Positions 54,271 to 64,000 of a stretch of DNA of 64,000 nt are shown one piece after another. The DNA comes from an uncultured Gammaproteobacteria bacterium (GTDB taxonomy: Bacteria; Pseudomonadota; Gammaproteobacteria; Steroidobacterales; Rariloculaceae), in contig CAYXNS010000002.1 of assembly GCA_964466315.1 (NCBI GenBank), positions 29,174-93,173 on the forward strand. The letters run 5' to 3'. How positions within the stretch are numbered: the stretch's first letter is position 1; every line of letters begins with the position of its first letter. Both the position numbers and the translations under genes were made by a program. The notes beneath the pieces were generated by a model. That model was not told the origin of the DNA. It saw nothing but the letters and a program-made list of their open reading frames with translations, and did no database searches.

Positions 54271-55455
54271 CGCTTCCAACGGCTCCAGCACTGCAGCACG
54301 GTGTGCCGGAAGCACACCGGCGATCAATCCGATTACGATCGCAATCGCTTCAGCGAGTACGACGTAGCCGGGCGCGACGTCAGCAGGCATCGCGGGAATA
54401 ATCAGACGGACTACTGCCACGATGCTAAGACCGGCAGCCAGGCCGGCGAATCCGCCCATACCTGCGAGTAGGACAGCTTCGCCGAGGAATAGCTGCGAGA
54501 TGCGGTTTCGCTCGGCGCCGACCGCACGAAGAAGCCCGATCTCCGGCGTGCGTTCGCGCACCGCAATCGTCATGATCGTGAAGATGCCGACACCACCGAC
54601 CAGGAGCGAGATTCCGCCGAGCGCGGCGACGCCGAATGTCAGTACGCCGATGATGGACCCGAGCACATCGAGCATTTGTTGCTGACTGATGATCGTGAAG
54701 TCCTCGCCGCCATGACGCGCGAGCAGAATCCGCTCGATGCCGGCAATGACTTCGTCCACGGATGCGCCGTCGTCATAGAGAATATCGATCTCGTGTAGAC
54801 CTTCGCGGTTGAACAGCGCGAGACCGCTCGCGGCGGGTATGTAGATAGTGTCATCGAGATCGATTCCGAGCATATCGCCCTTTGACTCCATGACGCCGAC
54901 TACGCGGTAACGATCGCCGCCAACCCGGATTCTGTCATTGAGTGGATTGGCTGATCCATATAGCTCGGAGTAGACGAGTGACCCCAGAACGACGACGGCG
55001 CGCGGGCGCTCCAGATCATCTTCGGGCAGGAAACTACCGCGTGACACATTGAATTTGAACGCCCGGTCGAACTCCGGGCCCACGGCAAAAACATTGACCG
55101 TGCGTTCGCGCCCACGTGCTTCGACCGACGCGGCTCCCGAGACTGCGGGAACCGAGTGCAAGACATACGGGGCTCGCATTAGCGCTTCAGCATCCTGCAG
55201 GCTCAGAGGTCTGACCGAGTTGAATACGCCGGCGGAGATCCCGAGCGTATTCGCTTTGCCGGGCTGTATCCCGATCGTGTTAGTTCCGAACTGAGTGAAC
55301 TGTTCGACGATGTACCTATTGACGCCCACACCGATTGATGTCAGCGACACGACTGCCATGACGCCGATACCGATCCCCAATGCCGTCAAACCACTGCGCA
55401 TGCGATGCGCCAGCACCGATTGGGCCGTGAAAAGAACGATGTCTCTAGCGAGCAT
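54256..55455 (-). CDS. ABC transporter permease (MacB-type periplasmic domain + FtsX)
   Basis: N-terminal TM, large periplasmic domain, and C-terminal FtsX-like helices (IGLLRAVGAERNRI). Confidence 0.8.
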   Translation of the reverse strand: MLARDIVLFTAQSVLAHRMRSGLTALGIGIGVMAVVSLTSIGVGVNRYIVEQFTQFGTNTIGIQPGKANTLGISAGVFNSVRPLSLQDAEALMRAPYVLHSVPAVSGAASVEARGRERTVNVFAVGPEFDRAFKFNVSRGSFLPEDDLERPRAVVVLGSLVYSELYGSANPLNDRIRVGGDRYRVVGVMESKGDMLGIDLDDTIYIPAASGLALFNREGLHEIDILYDDGASVDEVIAGIERILLARHGGEDFTIISQQQMLDVLGSIIGVLTFGVAALGGISLLVGGVGIFTIMTIAVRERTPEIGLLRAVGAERNRISQLFLGEAVLLAGMGGFAGLAAGLSIVAVVRLIIPAMPADVAPGYVVLAEAIAIVIGLIAGVLPAHRAAVLEPLEALRTE

Positions 55456-55461
55456 GATTAG

Positions 55462-56673
55462 TTATCGCCCCGTGAGAGCCAGCACCGGGTCGAGGTAGGC
55501 GGCACGGCGTGCCGGTAGAATACTGAATAGCAGCCCACTCGCCACTGCGATGCTCACGGCTGCCACCATGGCCCAGGTGGGCGCCGCGAAGTCGAGTATT
55601 GGGAAGACGACACTCATTAGCGCCGCCCCGGCGTTGCCAATAAGTAGCCCCAGCAGTGCGCCGACGAATGACAGGTAGACGGCTTCGGTCAGAAACAGGA
55701 TGACGATATGGCGTCGTTTCGCGCCCAGCGCCCTCAGCAGCCCGATCTCTCTGGTGCGTTGACTGACGGCAACGAGCATCACGTTCATGATCAGGACACC
55801 AGCGACGAACAGACTGATTGCCGCGATGCCGGCCAATCCCATGGTGATCATGTCGAATATCGATTCGAACGTCGAGAGCACGGCGTCCTGGGTAACGACG
55901 GTGATGTCTTCCTCGCCCTGGTGACGGGCTTTGATGATCTCGATGATGTCCCGCCGCGCCGGTTGTATGGCTTCCTGGCTGACGGCTTCGGCCAGGATCC
56001 GGAATATACCGGGCGCGTTGAAGAGCTGCTGCGCGCTCGCGACGGGCAGGATGACCAACTCATCGGTGTTGAACGGTCCGGTGATGCCCGCTTGGGCCAA
56101 CACACCGGTCACACGGCAGCGTGTGTCGCCGATACGCAGCCATTGACCGAGCGGATCCGTACTGCCGAAGAACTCCGTACGGACGACGCTGCCCATCACG
56201 CACACGGGTGTCGCGACGTCCATGTCGATCTCCGGCAGGAAACGGCCGAGCTGCATCGTCCAATGTTGGACCTCAAGCATTTCTGTCGTCGTGCCGAGCA
56301 CGGTGATCTCTCGCTCACGCTCGCGCCACGATGCGTTGCCGCTGCCGACGACTACGGGCGCCACCTGCGCGATGCGCGGGCTGCGCTCGACGGCCATAGC
56401 GTCATCGAGGGTCAGGTCTCGGGCGGTCTCGCCGATAATCATGCCCGTGCCCCCGCCGCCGGCCGTCTCCGCTTTACCGGGTAGTACCACCAATAGATGA
56501 GTGCCCAGGGCGGCGAATTCGCCCGTAACGTAACGGCGTGCGCCTTCGCCGACCGCCGTCAACAACACAACCGCGGTGACGCCGATCGAGACCGCCAGCA
56601 GCAGCATGGACGTCCGCAGCGGGTAACGCCGGATCGCCTGAAATGCAAGTTTTGAGGTATCGAATGGTTTCAT
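55462..56673 (-). CDS. ABC transporter permease (MacB-type periplasmic domain + FtsX), second copy
   Basis: Same architecture (IGLLRALGAKRRHI). Confidence 0.8.
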   Translation of the reverse strand: MKPFDTSKLAFQAIRRYPLRTSMLLLAVSIGVTAVVLLTAVGEGARRYVTGEFAALGTHLLVVLPGKAETAGGGGTGMIIGETARDLTLDDAMAVERSPRIAQVAPVVVGSGNASWREREREITVLGTTTEMLEVQHWTMQLGRFLPEIDMDVATPVCVMGSVVRTEFFGSTDPLGQWLRIGDTRCRVTGVLAQAGITGPFNTDELVILPVASAQQLFNAPGIFRILAEAVSQEAIQPARRDIIEIIKARHQGEEDITVVTQDAVLSTFESIFDMITMGLAGIAAISLFVAGVLIMNVMLVAVSQRTREIGLLRALGAKRRHIVILFLTEAVYLSFVGALLGLLIGNAGAALMSVVFPILDFAAPTWAMVAAVSIAVASGLLFSILPARRAAYLDPVLALTGR

Positions 56674-57350
56674 CGCGCTGCTGCACTGTCGTCTTTGATG
56701 ATTTTTCCGTCCTGCATCAGTAGATGACGGTGAGCTCGTCGCCCGATGTCCGGGTCGTGGGTAACGACCATGAGGCTGATTCCATCCCGATTTAGTTGTT
56801 CGATGATCTCGATGACCTCGCCGCTGGATCGAGAGTCCAGATTACCGGTCGGCTCATCGGCCAGGAGTAAACCGGGTTTCATGACGATCGCGCGTCCGAT
56901 CGCGACGCGCTGCCGCTCGCCGCCGGAGAGTTGATCAGGCCGATGACCCAGCCGGGACCCGAGGCCCACCGACTCGAGCACTTCGCGCGCGCGTTCCCGG
57001 CGTGCTGCGACAGGTGTCCCCGCCAGTAGCAGCGGCAACTCCACATTCTCGAGCGCGCTCAATCGAGGTATCAGATGAAAAGACTGAAATATAAAGCCGA
57101 TATGCTGCTGACGTTGTTCGGCCAATGCGTTGTCGTCGAGACTGGAGACGTCCGCGTCGTCGAGCCAGTAAGTTCCTGAGGTGGCGCGGTCCAAAAGCCC
57201 CAAGATATTCAATAGCGTGGATTTACCGGATCCCGACGGCCCCATGACGGATATGTATTCGCCGGGCGCGATCTCGAGATCGGCGTGATCCAAAGCGTGC
57301 ACGACCTGGTCCCCAACCTGGAAATCGCGGCAGAGGCTCTCCAGCCGCAT
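56670..57350 (-). CDS. ABC transporter ATP-binding protein (MacB/LolD-like)
   Basis: Walker A GPSGSGKST, signature LSGGERQR, Walker B LLLADEPT. The ATG at 57350 (MRLESL...) is preferred to 57383. Confidence 0.9.
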   Translation of the reverse strand: MRLESLCRDFQVGDQVVHALDHADLEIAPGEYISVMGPSGSGKSTLLNILGLLDRATSGTYWLDDADVSSLDDNALAEQRQQHIGFIFQSFHLIPRLSALENVELPLLLAGTPVAARRERAREVLESVGLGSRLGHRPDQLSGGERQRVAIGRAIVMKPGLLLADEPTGNLDSRSSGEVIEIIEQLNRDGISLMVVTHDPDIGRRAHRHLLMQDGKIIKDDSAAAR

Positions 57351-57357
57351 TATTGAG

Positions 57358-58485
57358 TTACTCGAGGCTGGCTGCAGCGCCATCCTCTACACCTTCGCGA
57401 TCGATGAAGCTAACTACGTGCTCGCCAGCGCGTAGGCCCCGAGTAATCGCGGTGTATTCCCAGTTCGAGATCCCGGCTTCGATCTCGCGAAGCTCGAGCC
57501 GGCCGAGCGTCTCGTCGTAGACGTAGACCTGATTCCCATCCACAATCACCGAAGTCGGCACGCGCACGGCGTCATCCTCGCTGGCGAGCAGAATTTCGAC
57601 GTCGGCGCTGTAGCCGGGCAGCAATTCGCCCTTGTCGGGATCGTCGATCTCGGCCTCGATCTCGACGGTGCGCGCCTGTTTCTCGATGTCCAGCACATAG
57701 GGGGCAATGCGCCTGACATGCCCGGAGAAGGTTCGCTCGGAAAAAGCGTCGAGACTGATACGGGCGGGAAGGCCTTCTCGCACGGCCGGTGCGTCCACCT
57801 CATCGATCGGTGCGCTGATGTAGAGGCAGCTCGAGTCGATCAGATCGACCGTCGGAGGCGTCGGGATACCCACGGGCGAAGGCGTCACGAATTCACCGAG
57901 TTCGCCGTTGATCTCGGCAATGACCCCCGGGAACGGTGCGTAGAGCTGTGTGCGCTCCAATGCGGCTTCCGTTACTTCGATTCTCGCCACGGCGACACGA
58001 GCGCTGGCTTCCGCGGCTGTGCAGGCCGCGGCACTGGACTCGGCGATGCCGACGGCACGATCGGTGTCCTCTTCAGATGCCAGCCCGTCTTCGAGGAGCG
58101 TCATCAGGCGGTTAGCTTCTCGCCGGGCAAAATCGGCGATGATACAGGCCTCACCGGCACGAGACTCGGCTGCCGTCGCATCCTGCTCCACAAGGCGTAG
58201 CTCGGCCCGGATATCGTCATTCCATAGCTCGAGAAGAAGTTGCCCTGCATCGACCTTGTCGCCGTTCGCGACCGGTAGCTGCACGATCTGTCCACCAACA
58301 GCCGGTGAGAGGCCAGCCCGCCGACACGCATCGACCGTCCCGGCTCGCGTGTTGCTTACGGTCGCGGATACTGGGCCTCGCTCGACGGTGAAGATGCCGA
58401 CCGAGATGGGCTTCGGCCGCGTGAAGTACCATCCCCCCGCGGCGACAGCGACGACTAAACTGATGATGATGGCGAATCGTTTCAT
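57358..58485 (-). CDS. efflux periplasmic adaptor (HlyD/MacA-like MFP)
   Basis: N-terminal anchor, biotinyl-lipoyl-like and coiled-coil regions, beta-barrel (APFPGVIAEI). Confidence 0.8.
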   Translation of the reverse strand: MKRFAIIISLVVAVAAGGWYFTRPKPISVGIFTVERGPVSATVSNTRAGTVDACRRAGLSPAVGGQIVQLPVANGDKVDAGQLLLELWNDDIRAELRLVEQDATAAESRAGEACIIADFARREANRLMTLLEDGLASEEDTDRAVGIAESSAAACTAAEASARVAVARIEVTEAALERTQLYAPFPGVIAEINGELGEFVTPSPVGIPTPPTVDLIDSSCLYISAPIDEVDAPAVREGLPARISLDAFSERTFSGHVRRIAPYVLDIEKQARTVEIEAEIDDPDKGELLPGYSADVEILLASEDDAVRVPTSVIVDGNQVYVYDETLGRLELREIEAGISNWEYTAITRGLRAGEHVVSFIDREGVEDGAAASLE

Positions 58486-58495
58486 CGTGGTACGG

Positions 58496-59497
<1,002 letters not shown>

Positions 59498-59596
59498 TCA
59501 GTTGCGCGAGGTTATTAATTTGGGCAATCTGCCTTTTTTCAATGGGCGCTGGCCCGTAAACTTACCGTCCCGTATTACCGCCAGGAGCCAGATTCA

Positions 59597-60757
59597 ATGG
59601 CAAGCAGCTATCTCTTTACGTCGGAATCGGTGTCGGAGGGGCATCCCGATAAGATGTGCGATCAGATTTCCGATGCGGTGCTCGACTGCGCGCTGGCGGA
59701 GGATCCAGCGGCGCGCGTTGCCTGCGAGACGCTTACCAAGACGGGGCTCGTCATGGTGGCCGGGGAAATAACCACGACGGCACATGTCGATGTGGAGAAA
59801 CTCGTTCGAGAGGTTGTGCTCGATATCGGCTACGACAATGCGGATGTCGGATTCAACGGCAACGACTGCCGCGTCATCGACGAACTGGGCGAGCAGTCAC
59901 CGGATATCGCTCAGGGCGTGGATCGGGTCGCCCCGGAGGAGCAGGGCGCCGGCGATCAGGGATTGATGTTCGGTTATGCGAGCAACGAGACCGAGGCGCT
60001 AATGCCGGCGCCGATCATGTATGCGCACCGCCTCGTCGAGCGGCAGGCGCAGGTCAGAAAGGCGGGCGAGATTTCATGGCTGCGCCCTGACGCCAAGAGC
60101 CAGGTGACGTTCCGCTACGAAGACGAACGGCCCGTGTCAGTGGATGCTGTCGTCTTGTCGACCCAGCACGATCCGGATGTCTCGCAGGGCGATCTCAGGG
60201 AAGCCGTCATGGAGAGCATCATCAAGCCGGTGCTACCCGAGAAGTGGTTAAGCGCCGAAACCAAGTATCACATCAACCCGACAGGACGCTTCGTTATCGG
60301 CGGGCCTGCCGGAGACTGCGGTCTCACGGGCCGCAAGATCATCGTGGACACCTACGGCGGCATAGCTCGGCATGGTGGCGGCGCGTTTTCCGGGAAGGAC
60401 CCCTCCAAAGTCGACCGCTCTGCCGCCTATGCTGCACGGTATGTCGCCAAGAATATCGTCGCCGCCGGTTTGGCGGATCGCTGTGAGATTCAGGCCTCCT
60501 ACGCGATCGGCGTCGCCGAACCGACCTCGGTCATGGTGCAGACTTTCGGCACTCACAAGGTCGCGGAGGATCGGATCGCGGTGCTGGTCCGGGAGCATTT
60601 CGACCTTAGACCCTATGGAATACTGCAGATGCTCGACCTGTTACGCCCGATCTATCGGCAGACGGCAGCCTATGGTCACTTCGGCCGTATCGAAGAAGGT
60701 TTTTCCTGGGAAAGCACGTCGAAGGCAGAAGCGTTGAAAGTGGACGCAGCCGCTTAA
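59597..60757 (+). CDS. metK: S-adenosylmethionine synthase
   Basis: [45 protein letters not shown]. Confidence 0.95.
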   Translation: MASSYLFTSESVSEGHPDKMCDQISDAVLDCALAEDPAARVACETLTKTGLVMVAGEITTTAHVDVEKLVREVVLDIGYDNADVGFNGNDCRVIDELGEQSPDIAQGVDRVAPEEQGAGDQGLMFGYASNETEALMPAPIMYAHRLVERQAQVRKAGEISWLRPDAKSQVTFRYEDERPVSVDAVVLSTQHDPDVSQGDLREAVMESIIKPVLPEKWLSAETKYHINPTGRFVIGGPAGDCGLTGRKIIVDTYGGIARHGGGAFSGKDPSKVDRSAAYAARYVAKNIVAAGLADRCEIQASYAIGVAEPTSVMVQTFGTHKVAEDRIAVLVREHFDLRPYGILQMLDLLRPIYRQTAAYGHFGRIEEGFSWESTSKAEALKVDAAA

Positions 60758-60788
60758 GCTAACATCTCCCTACCAGCAAGGATCCGTT

Positions 60789-61727
60789 ATGCCCGCCCTA
60801 ATCTGTGGCTCGATCGCCTATGACAACATCATGGTGTTCGAAGATTCGTTCAAAAATCATATCTTGCCGGATCAGATCCACATCCTGAACGTCGCGTTCC
60901 TGGTTCCCGATATGCGCCGCGAGTTCGGCGGTTGCGCCATCAATATAGCCTACAACTTGAAGCTCCTCGGCGAAGATCCATTGCCGATGGCGACGGCTGG
61001 GAGCGACTTCGAGCCCTACCGTGAGCGACTCGCAGCCCAGGGGATTCGTCAGGATCACATACGCGTCATCGATAAAGTGTTTACGGCGCAGGCGTTCATT
61101 ACGACGGACCTGGATGACAATCAGATTACGGCGTTTCATCCGGGCGCCATGAATCAGTCCCATCTGAACGATGTGGGCGATGCCGAAGACGTGACCGTCG
61201 GTATCGTGTCGCCCGATGGGCGTGAAGGCATGCTGGCGCATGCCGCTCAGTTTGCCGCGGCCGGTATACCGTTCATCTTCGATCCCGGCCAGGGGTTGCC
61301 AATGTTCGGTGGCGAGGAATTGCGGCAGTTCGTCGATCAGGCCGCATGGGTGACGGTAAACGACTACGAGTGGCAGCTGCTGAAGGAACGCACAGGTTGG
61401 GATGTCGATGAGGTAAAGCAGCGCGTGCGCGCGTTGATAGTGACGCGGGGCGCTGAAGGCTCCGTGATCCATACGCCGGACGCGGATCTGGAAATTCCTG
61501 CCGTAACACCCGCTGCGGTCAGCGATCCCACCGGCTGCGGTGATGCTTATCGTGCCGGGTTGTTGTACGGGATCATGGCGGGTTTCGACTGGCTAACTGT
61601 GGGCCGCGTCGCAAGTCTGATGGGGTCTATTAAGATAGAATGTCACGGAACCCAGAACCACGAATTCACTCGCGATGAGTTCACGTCACGATTTCAGGCC
61701 AGTTTCGGCGAGCCTTTAACGGAGTAA
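60789..61727 (+). CDS. PfkB-family carbohydrate/nucleoside kinase, probable adenosine kinase
   Basis: PfkB motifs ([17 protein letters not shown]). Its position between metK and ahcY suggests the methyl cycle. Confidence 0.65.
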   Translation: MPALICGSIAYDNIMVFEDSFKNHILPDQIHILNVAFLVPDMRREFGGCAINIAYNLKLLGEDPLPMATAGSDFEPYRERLAAQGIRQDHIRVIDKVFTAQAFITTDLDDNQITAFHPGAMNQSHLNDVGDAEDVTVGIVSPDGREGMLAHAAQFAAAGIPFIFDPGQGLPMFGGEELRQFVDQAAWVTVNDYEWQLLKERTGWDVDEVKQRVRALIVTRGAEGSVIHTPDADLEIPAVTPAAVSDPTGCGDAYRAGLLYGIMAGFDWLTVGRVASLMGSIKIECHGTQNHEFTRDEFTSRFQASFGEPLTE

Positions 61728-61734
61728 CGAATAC

Positions 61735-63162
61735 ATGACTGATCAGATGGTAGTCGTCGACTCGGCGAACGAGGATTTCGTCGTCGCCGACATTGGTCTT
61801 GCCGAGTTCGGCCGCAGAGAGATCGCGCTCGCAGAGCACGAGATGCCTGGGCTGATGGCAACACGCGAGGAATTCGGCGCGAGCCGGCCCCTGCGCGGTG
61901 CTCGCATCACGGGTTCGTTGCACATGACGATTCAAACCGCAGTTCTAATCGAGACGCTCGAAGCGCTCGGTGCCGAAGTCCGTTGGGCGAGCTGCAACAT
62001 TTTTTCGACTCAGGATCATGCCGCAGCGGCCATTGCCGCGAACGGCACTCCCGTGTTTGCCATCAAAGGCGAGACGCTGGAGGAATACTGGGACTACGTT
62101 GACCACATCTTCGACTGGCCGGATTGTGATGGCCCGAACATCATTCTCGACGATGGCGGCGACGCAACGCTCTTCGTGCATCTCGGTTACCGAGCCGAGG
62201 ACGACGCCTCGATCCTGGATAAGGCACCCGAGACCGAGGAAGAGGGCGTGTTATTCGCGCAGCTTAAGCGGTCATTACAGCGAGACCCGCAAAGATTTCA
62301 CCGAATGGTCAAGGGAATCCGCGGCGTAACCGAGGAAACGACGACAGGTGTCCATCGGCTCTATCAGATGCTGGAACGCGACGAACTGTTGTTCCCGGCA
62401 ATCAACGTCAACGATTCGGTGACGAAATCGAAATTCGATAACCTCTACGGTTGCCGTCACTCGCTCGTTGACGGGATCATGCGCGCCACCGATGTGATGC
62501 TCGCCGGTAAAGTCGCTGTGGTCGCCGGCTATGGTGACGTCGGTAAGGGCTGCTGCCAGTCTTTGAAGGCGCAGGCCGCGCGCGTGATCGTTACCGAAAT
62601 CGATCCGATCTGTGCACTACAAGCCGCCATGGAAGGCTATGAAGTGATGACCATGATCGAAGCTGCAATACTCGGCGACGTCTTCGTCACGACGACCGGT
62701 TGTGTCGACGTGATTACCGAAGAACACATGTTGCAGATGAAGCATAACGCGATCGTCTGCAATATCGGCCATTTCGATAATGAGATCGAGGTTGAGAAAC
62801 TTCGAAAATATGAGTGGGAAGAAATCAAGCCCCAAGTGCACAAGATTACTTTCCCCGGCGGAACCAGCATCGTTCTGCTGGCCGAGGGACGGCTCGTTAA
62901 TCTCGGTTGTGCTACGGGCCATCCGAGTTTCGTGATGTCCAACAGCTTCACGAATCAGACGCTCGCGCAGATCGAACTATTCAATCATCAGGACGACTAC
63001 CCGTTGGGCGTCTATACCTTGCCCAAGCACTTGGACGAGAAGGTCGCGCGATTACATCTGGATAAGCTTGGCGTACGTTTGGAAGAGCTCTCGGCGCGGC
63101 AAGCCGACTATCTCGGTGTCGCGGTTGAGGGCCCATACAAGCCCGAGCATTACCGGTACTAG
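61735..63162 (+). CDS. ahcY: adenosylhomocysteinase
   Basis: [53 protein letters not shown]. Confidence 0.95.
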   Translation: MTDQMVVVDSANEDFVVADIGLAEFGRREIALAEHEMPGLMATREEFGASRPLRGARITGSLHMTIQTAVLIETLEALGAEVRWASCNIFSTQDHAAAAIAANGTPVFAIKGETLEEYWDYVDHIFDWPDCDGPNIILDDGGDATLFVHLGYRAEDDASILDKAPETEEEGVLFAQLKRSLQRDPQRFHRMVKGIRGVTEETTTGVHRLYQMLERDELLFPAINVNDSVTKSKFDNLYGCRHSLVDGIMRATDVMLAGKVAVVAGYGDVGKGCCQSLKAQAARVIVTEIDPICALQAAMEGYEVMTMIEAAILGDVFVTTTGCVDVITEEHMLQMKHNAIVCNIGHFDNEIEVEKLRKYEWEEIKPQVHKITFPGGTSIVLLAEGRLVNLGCATGHPSFVMSNSFTNQTLAQIELFNHQDDYPLGVYTLPKHLDEKVARLHLDKLGVRLEELSARQADYLGVAVEGPYKPEHYRY

Positions 63163-63163
63163 A

Positions 63164-63241
63164 AAATGGGGCCAGATTCCTTTTTTCTCGAGATCGTTCC
63201 AGATCTCGCGTGGCTCATGAAAAAAGGGATCTGGCCCCATT
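63164..63241. terminator. 78-nt composite palindrome (23-bp outer stem + 7-bp inner stem) filling the gap between convergent ahcY and tetR; a bidirectional terminator or REP/MITE-like element
   Basis: 63165-63187 AATGGGGCCAGATTCCTTTTTTC pairs with 63219-63241 GAAAAAAGGGATCTGGCCCCATT (one G-U). Inner CGAGATC (63189-63195) pairs with GATCTCG (63202-63208). Confidence 0.55.
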
Positions 63242-63244
63242 ATT

Positions 63245-63835
63245 CTAACGTTTGGCCGCGCCGATCAATTTCTCGAGGGCGACACTCGCGTGAGCCAGTG
63301 CGCTCTCATCGACGAGTAAACGCCTCGCAAAATGAAAACCCAGCACAATGCTGTGAAACTCGAAGGCAAACTGCCGGGTATCTAGTCCCTCGCGGAAGTT
63401 TGCCTCGGCGACGGCTTTCTGACTCATCCTTCGAATGTGATCGATCCAGCTTTCTTGTTGATCGACGAGAAAGTCGCGTAGCTCACCGGGCCGGTCGGCC
63501 AGTTCGGTAGCCGCCGAGACCAACGGACATCCGCCACGGCGTTCCTCCGAGGCGAGCCACTTGAGCCAGAGACGGAACAGGGCTCGCAATCGCATCTCAC
63601 CGGTCGATTCTCTCAACGCGGGAGCTAATACGCTCCGGACGAGGTCCTCGCCGGCCGTCTCGAGCACGGCTCGTTGCAGCGCTTCCTTGGAGCCGAAATG
63701 GCCGAAAAGTCCGCTCTTCGACATGCCGGTCACGATAGCGAGCCGGCCGATGCTCATGCCGTCGAGTCCATGCACGCCGGCCATGGCTACGGCCTGATCG
63801 AGGATTGCAGCTCGGGTTTGTGCGCCTTTTCTCAT
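63245..63835 (-). CDS. TetR/AcrR family transcriptional regulator
   Basis: TRAAILDQAVAMAGVHGLDGMSIGRLAIVTGMSKSGLFGHFGSKEAL HTH. Confidence 0.85.
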   Translation of the reverse strand: MRKGAQTRAAILDQAVAMAGVHGLDGMSIGRLAIVTGMSKSGLFGHFGSKEALQRAVLETAGEDLVRSVLAPALRESTGEMRLRALFRLWLKWLASEERRGGCPLVSAATELADRPGELRDFLVDQQESWIDHIRRMSQKAVAEANFREGLDTRQFAFEFHSIVLGFHFARRLLVDESALAHASVALEKLIGAAKR

Positions 63836-63854
63836 GGAGGTTGCTGGGCGAACG

Positions 63855-63864
63855 ATCGTACGAT
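63855..63864. promoter_or_regulatory. 10-bp perfect palindrome ATCGTACGAT 20 nt upstream of the tetR start; possible operator
   Basis: Self-complementary decamer in the tetR 5' region. No other support. Confidence 0.2.
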
Positions 63865-64000
63865 TTTATCACAGCTAGTTTACATAATCTCTCTCTCGTC
63901 CCGTCATGGCTGTGACAAGATGCCTGGTTTCGCCGCCGCGCGTAACGCTGCGGTGACCGACACAGGCGGCTGTCATGGTTCGTGTGAACAAAAAAGAGGC

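Overview
High-GC (about 60% by eye) proteobacterial chromosomal segment. I found no rRNA, tRNA or CRISPR array and no intact mobile element. About 50 CDS look intact.

Housekeeping genes: rimO, trxB, metK-adenosine kinase-ahcY, miaE and srkA.

Other functional blocks:
- A Kdo operon (waaA-kdsA-X-kdsC-like-waaA).
- Oxidoreductases and hydrolases: two xanthine-dehydrogenase-family Moco subunits, a Tat-exported FeS subunit, an FAD subunit, cytochrome b, nitroreductases, three MBL-fold proteins, a cyclase-family protein, an esterase and an SMP-30 lactonase.
- Transport: Nramp, TctC-like and TctA/B-like proteins, and a MacAB-like ABC pump.
- A four-gene envelope cluster built around a 1115-aa spermidine-synthase-like membrane protein.

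The best lead is in the Kdo operon. The slot normally held by arabinose-5-phosphate isomerase KdsD (SIS + CBS pair) holds a TalC/FSA-type aldolase domain fused to a KdsD-type CBS pair. It is bracketed by two divergent Kdo transferases, a Cys-type (metallo) KdsA and an atypical KdsC-like phosphatase.

The second theme is decay. At least eight or nine gene remnants carry internal deletions, frameshifts or nonsense codons. They include an IS3 orfA remnant beside a ~95% identical partial duplication of the HIBADH/Nramp junction that has a microhomology-bounded in-frame deletion.

All calls rest on reading the translated ORFs and the sequence by eye. No database search was run, so family names are recollection-based and coordinates of small elements are hand-indexed.
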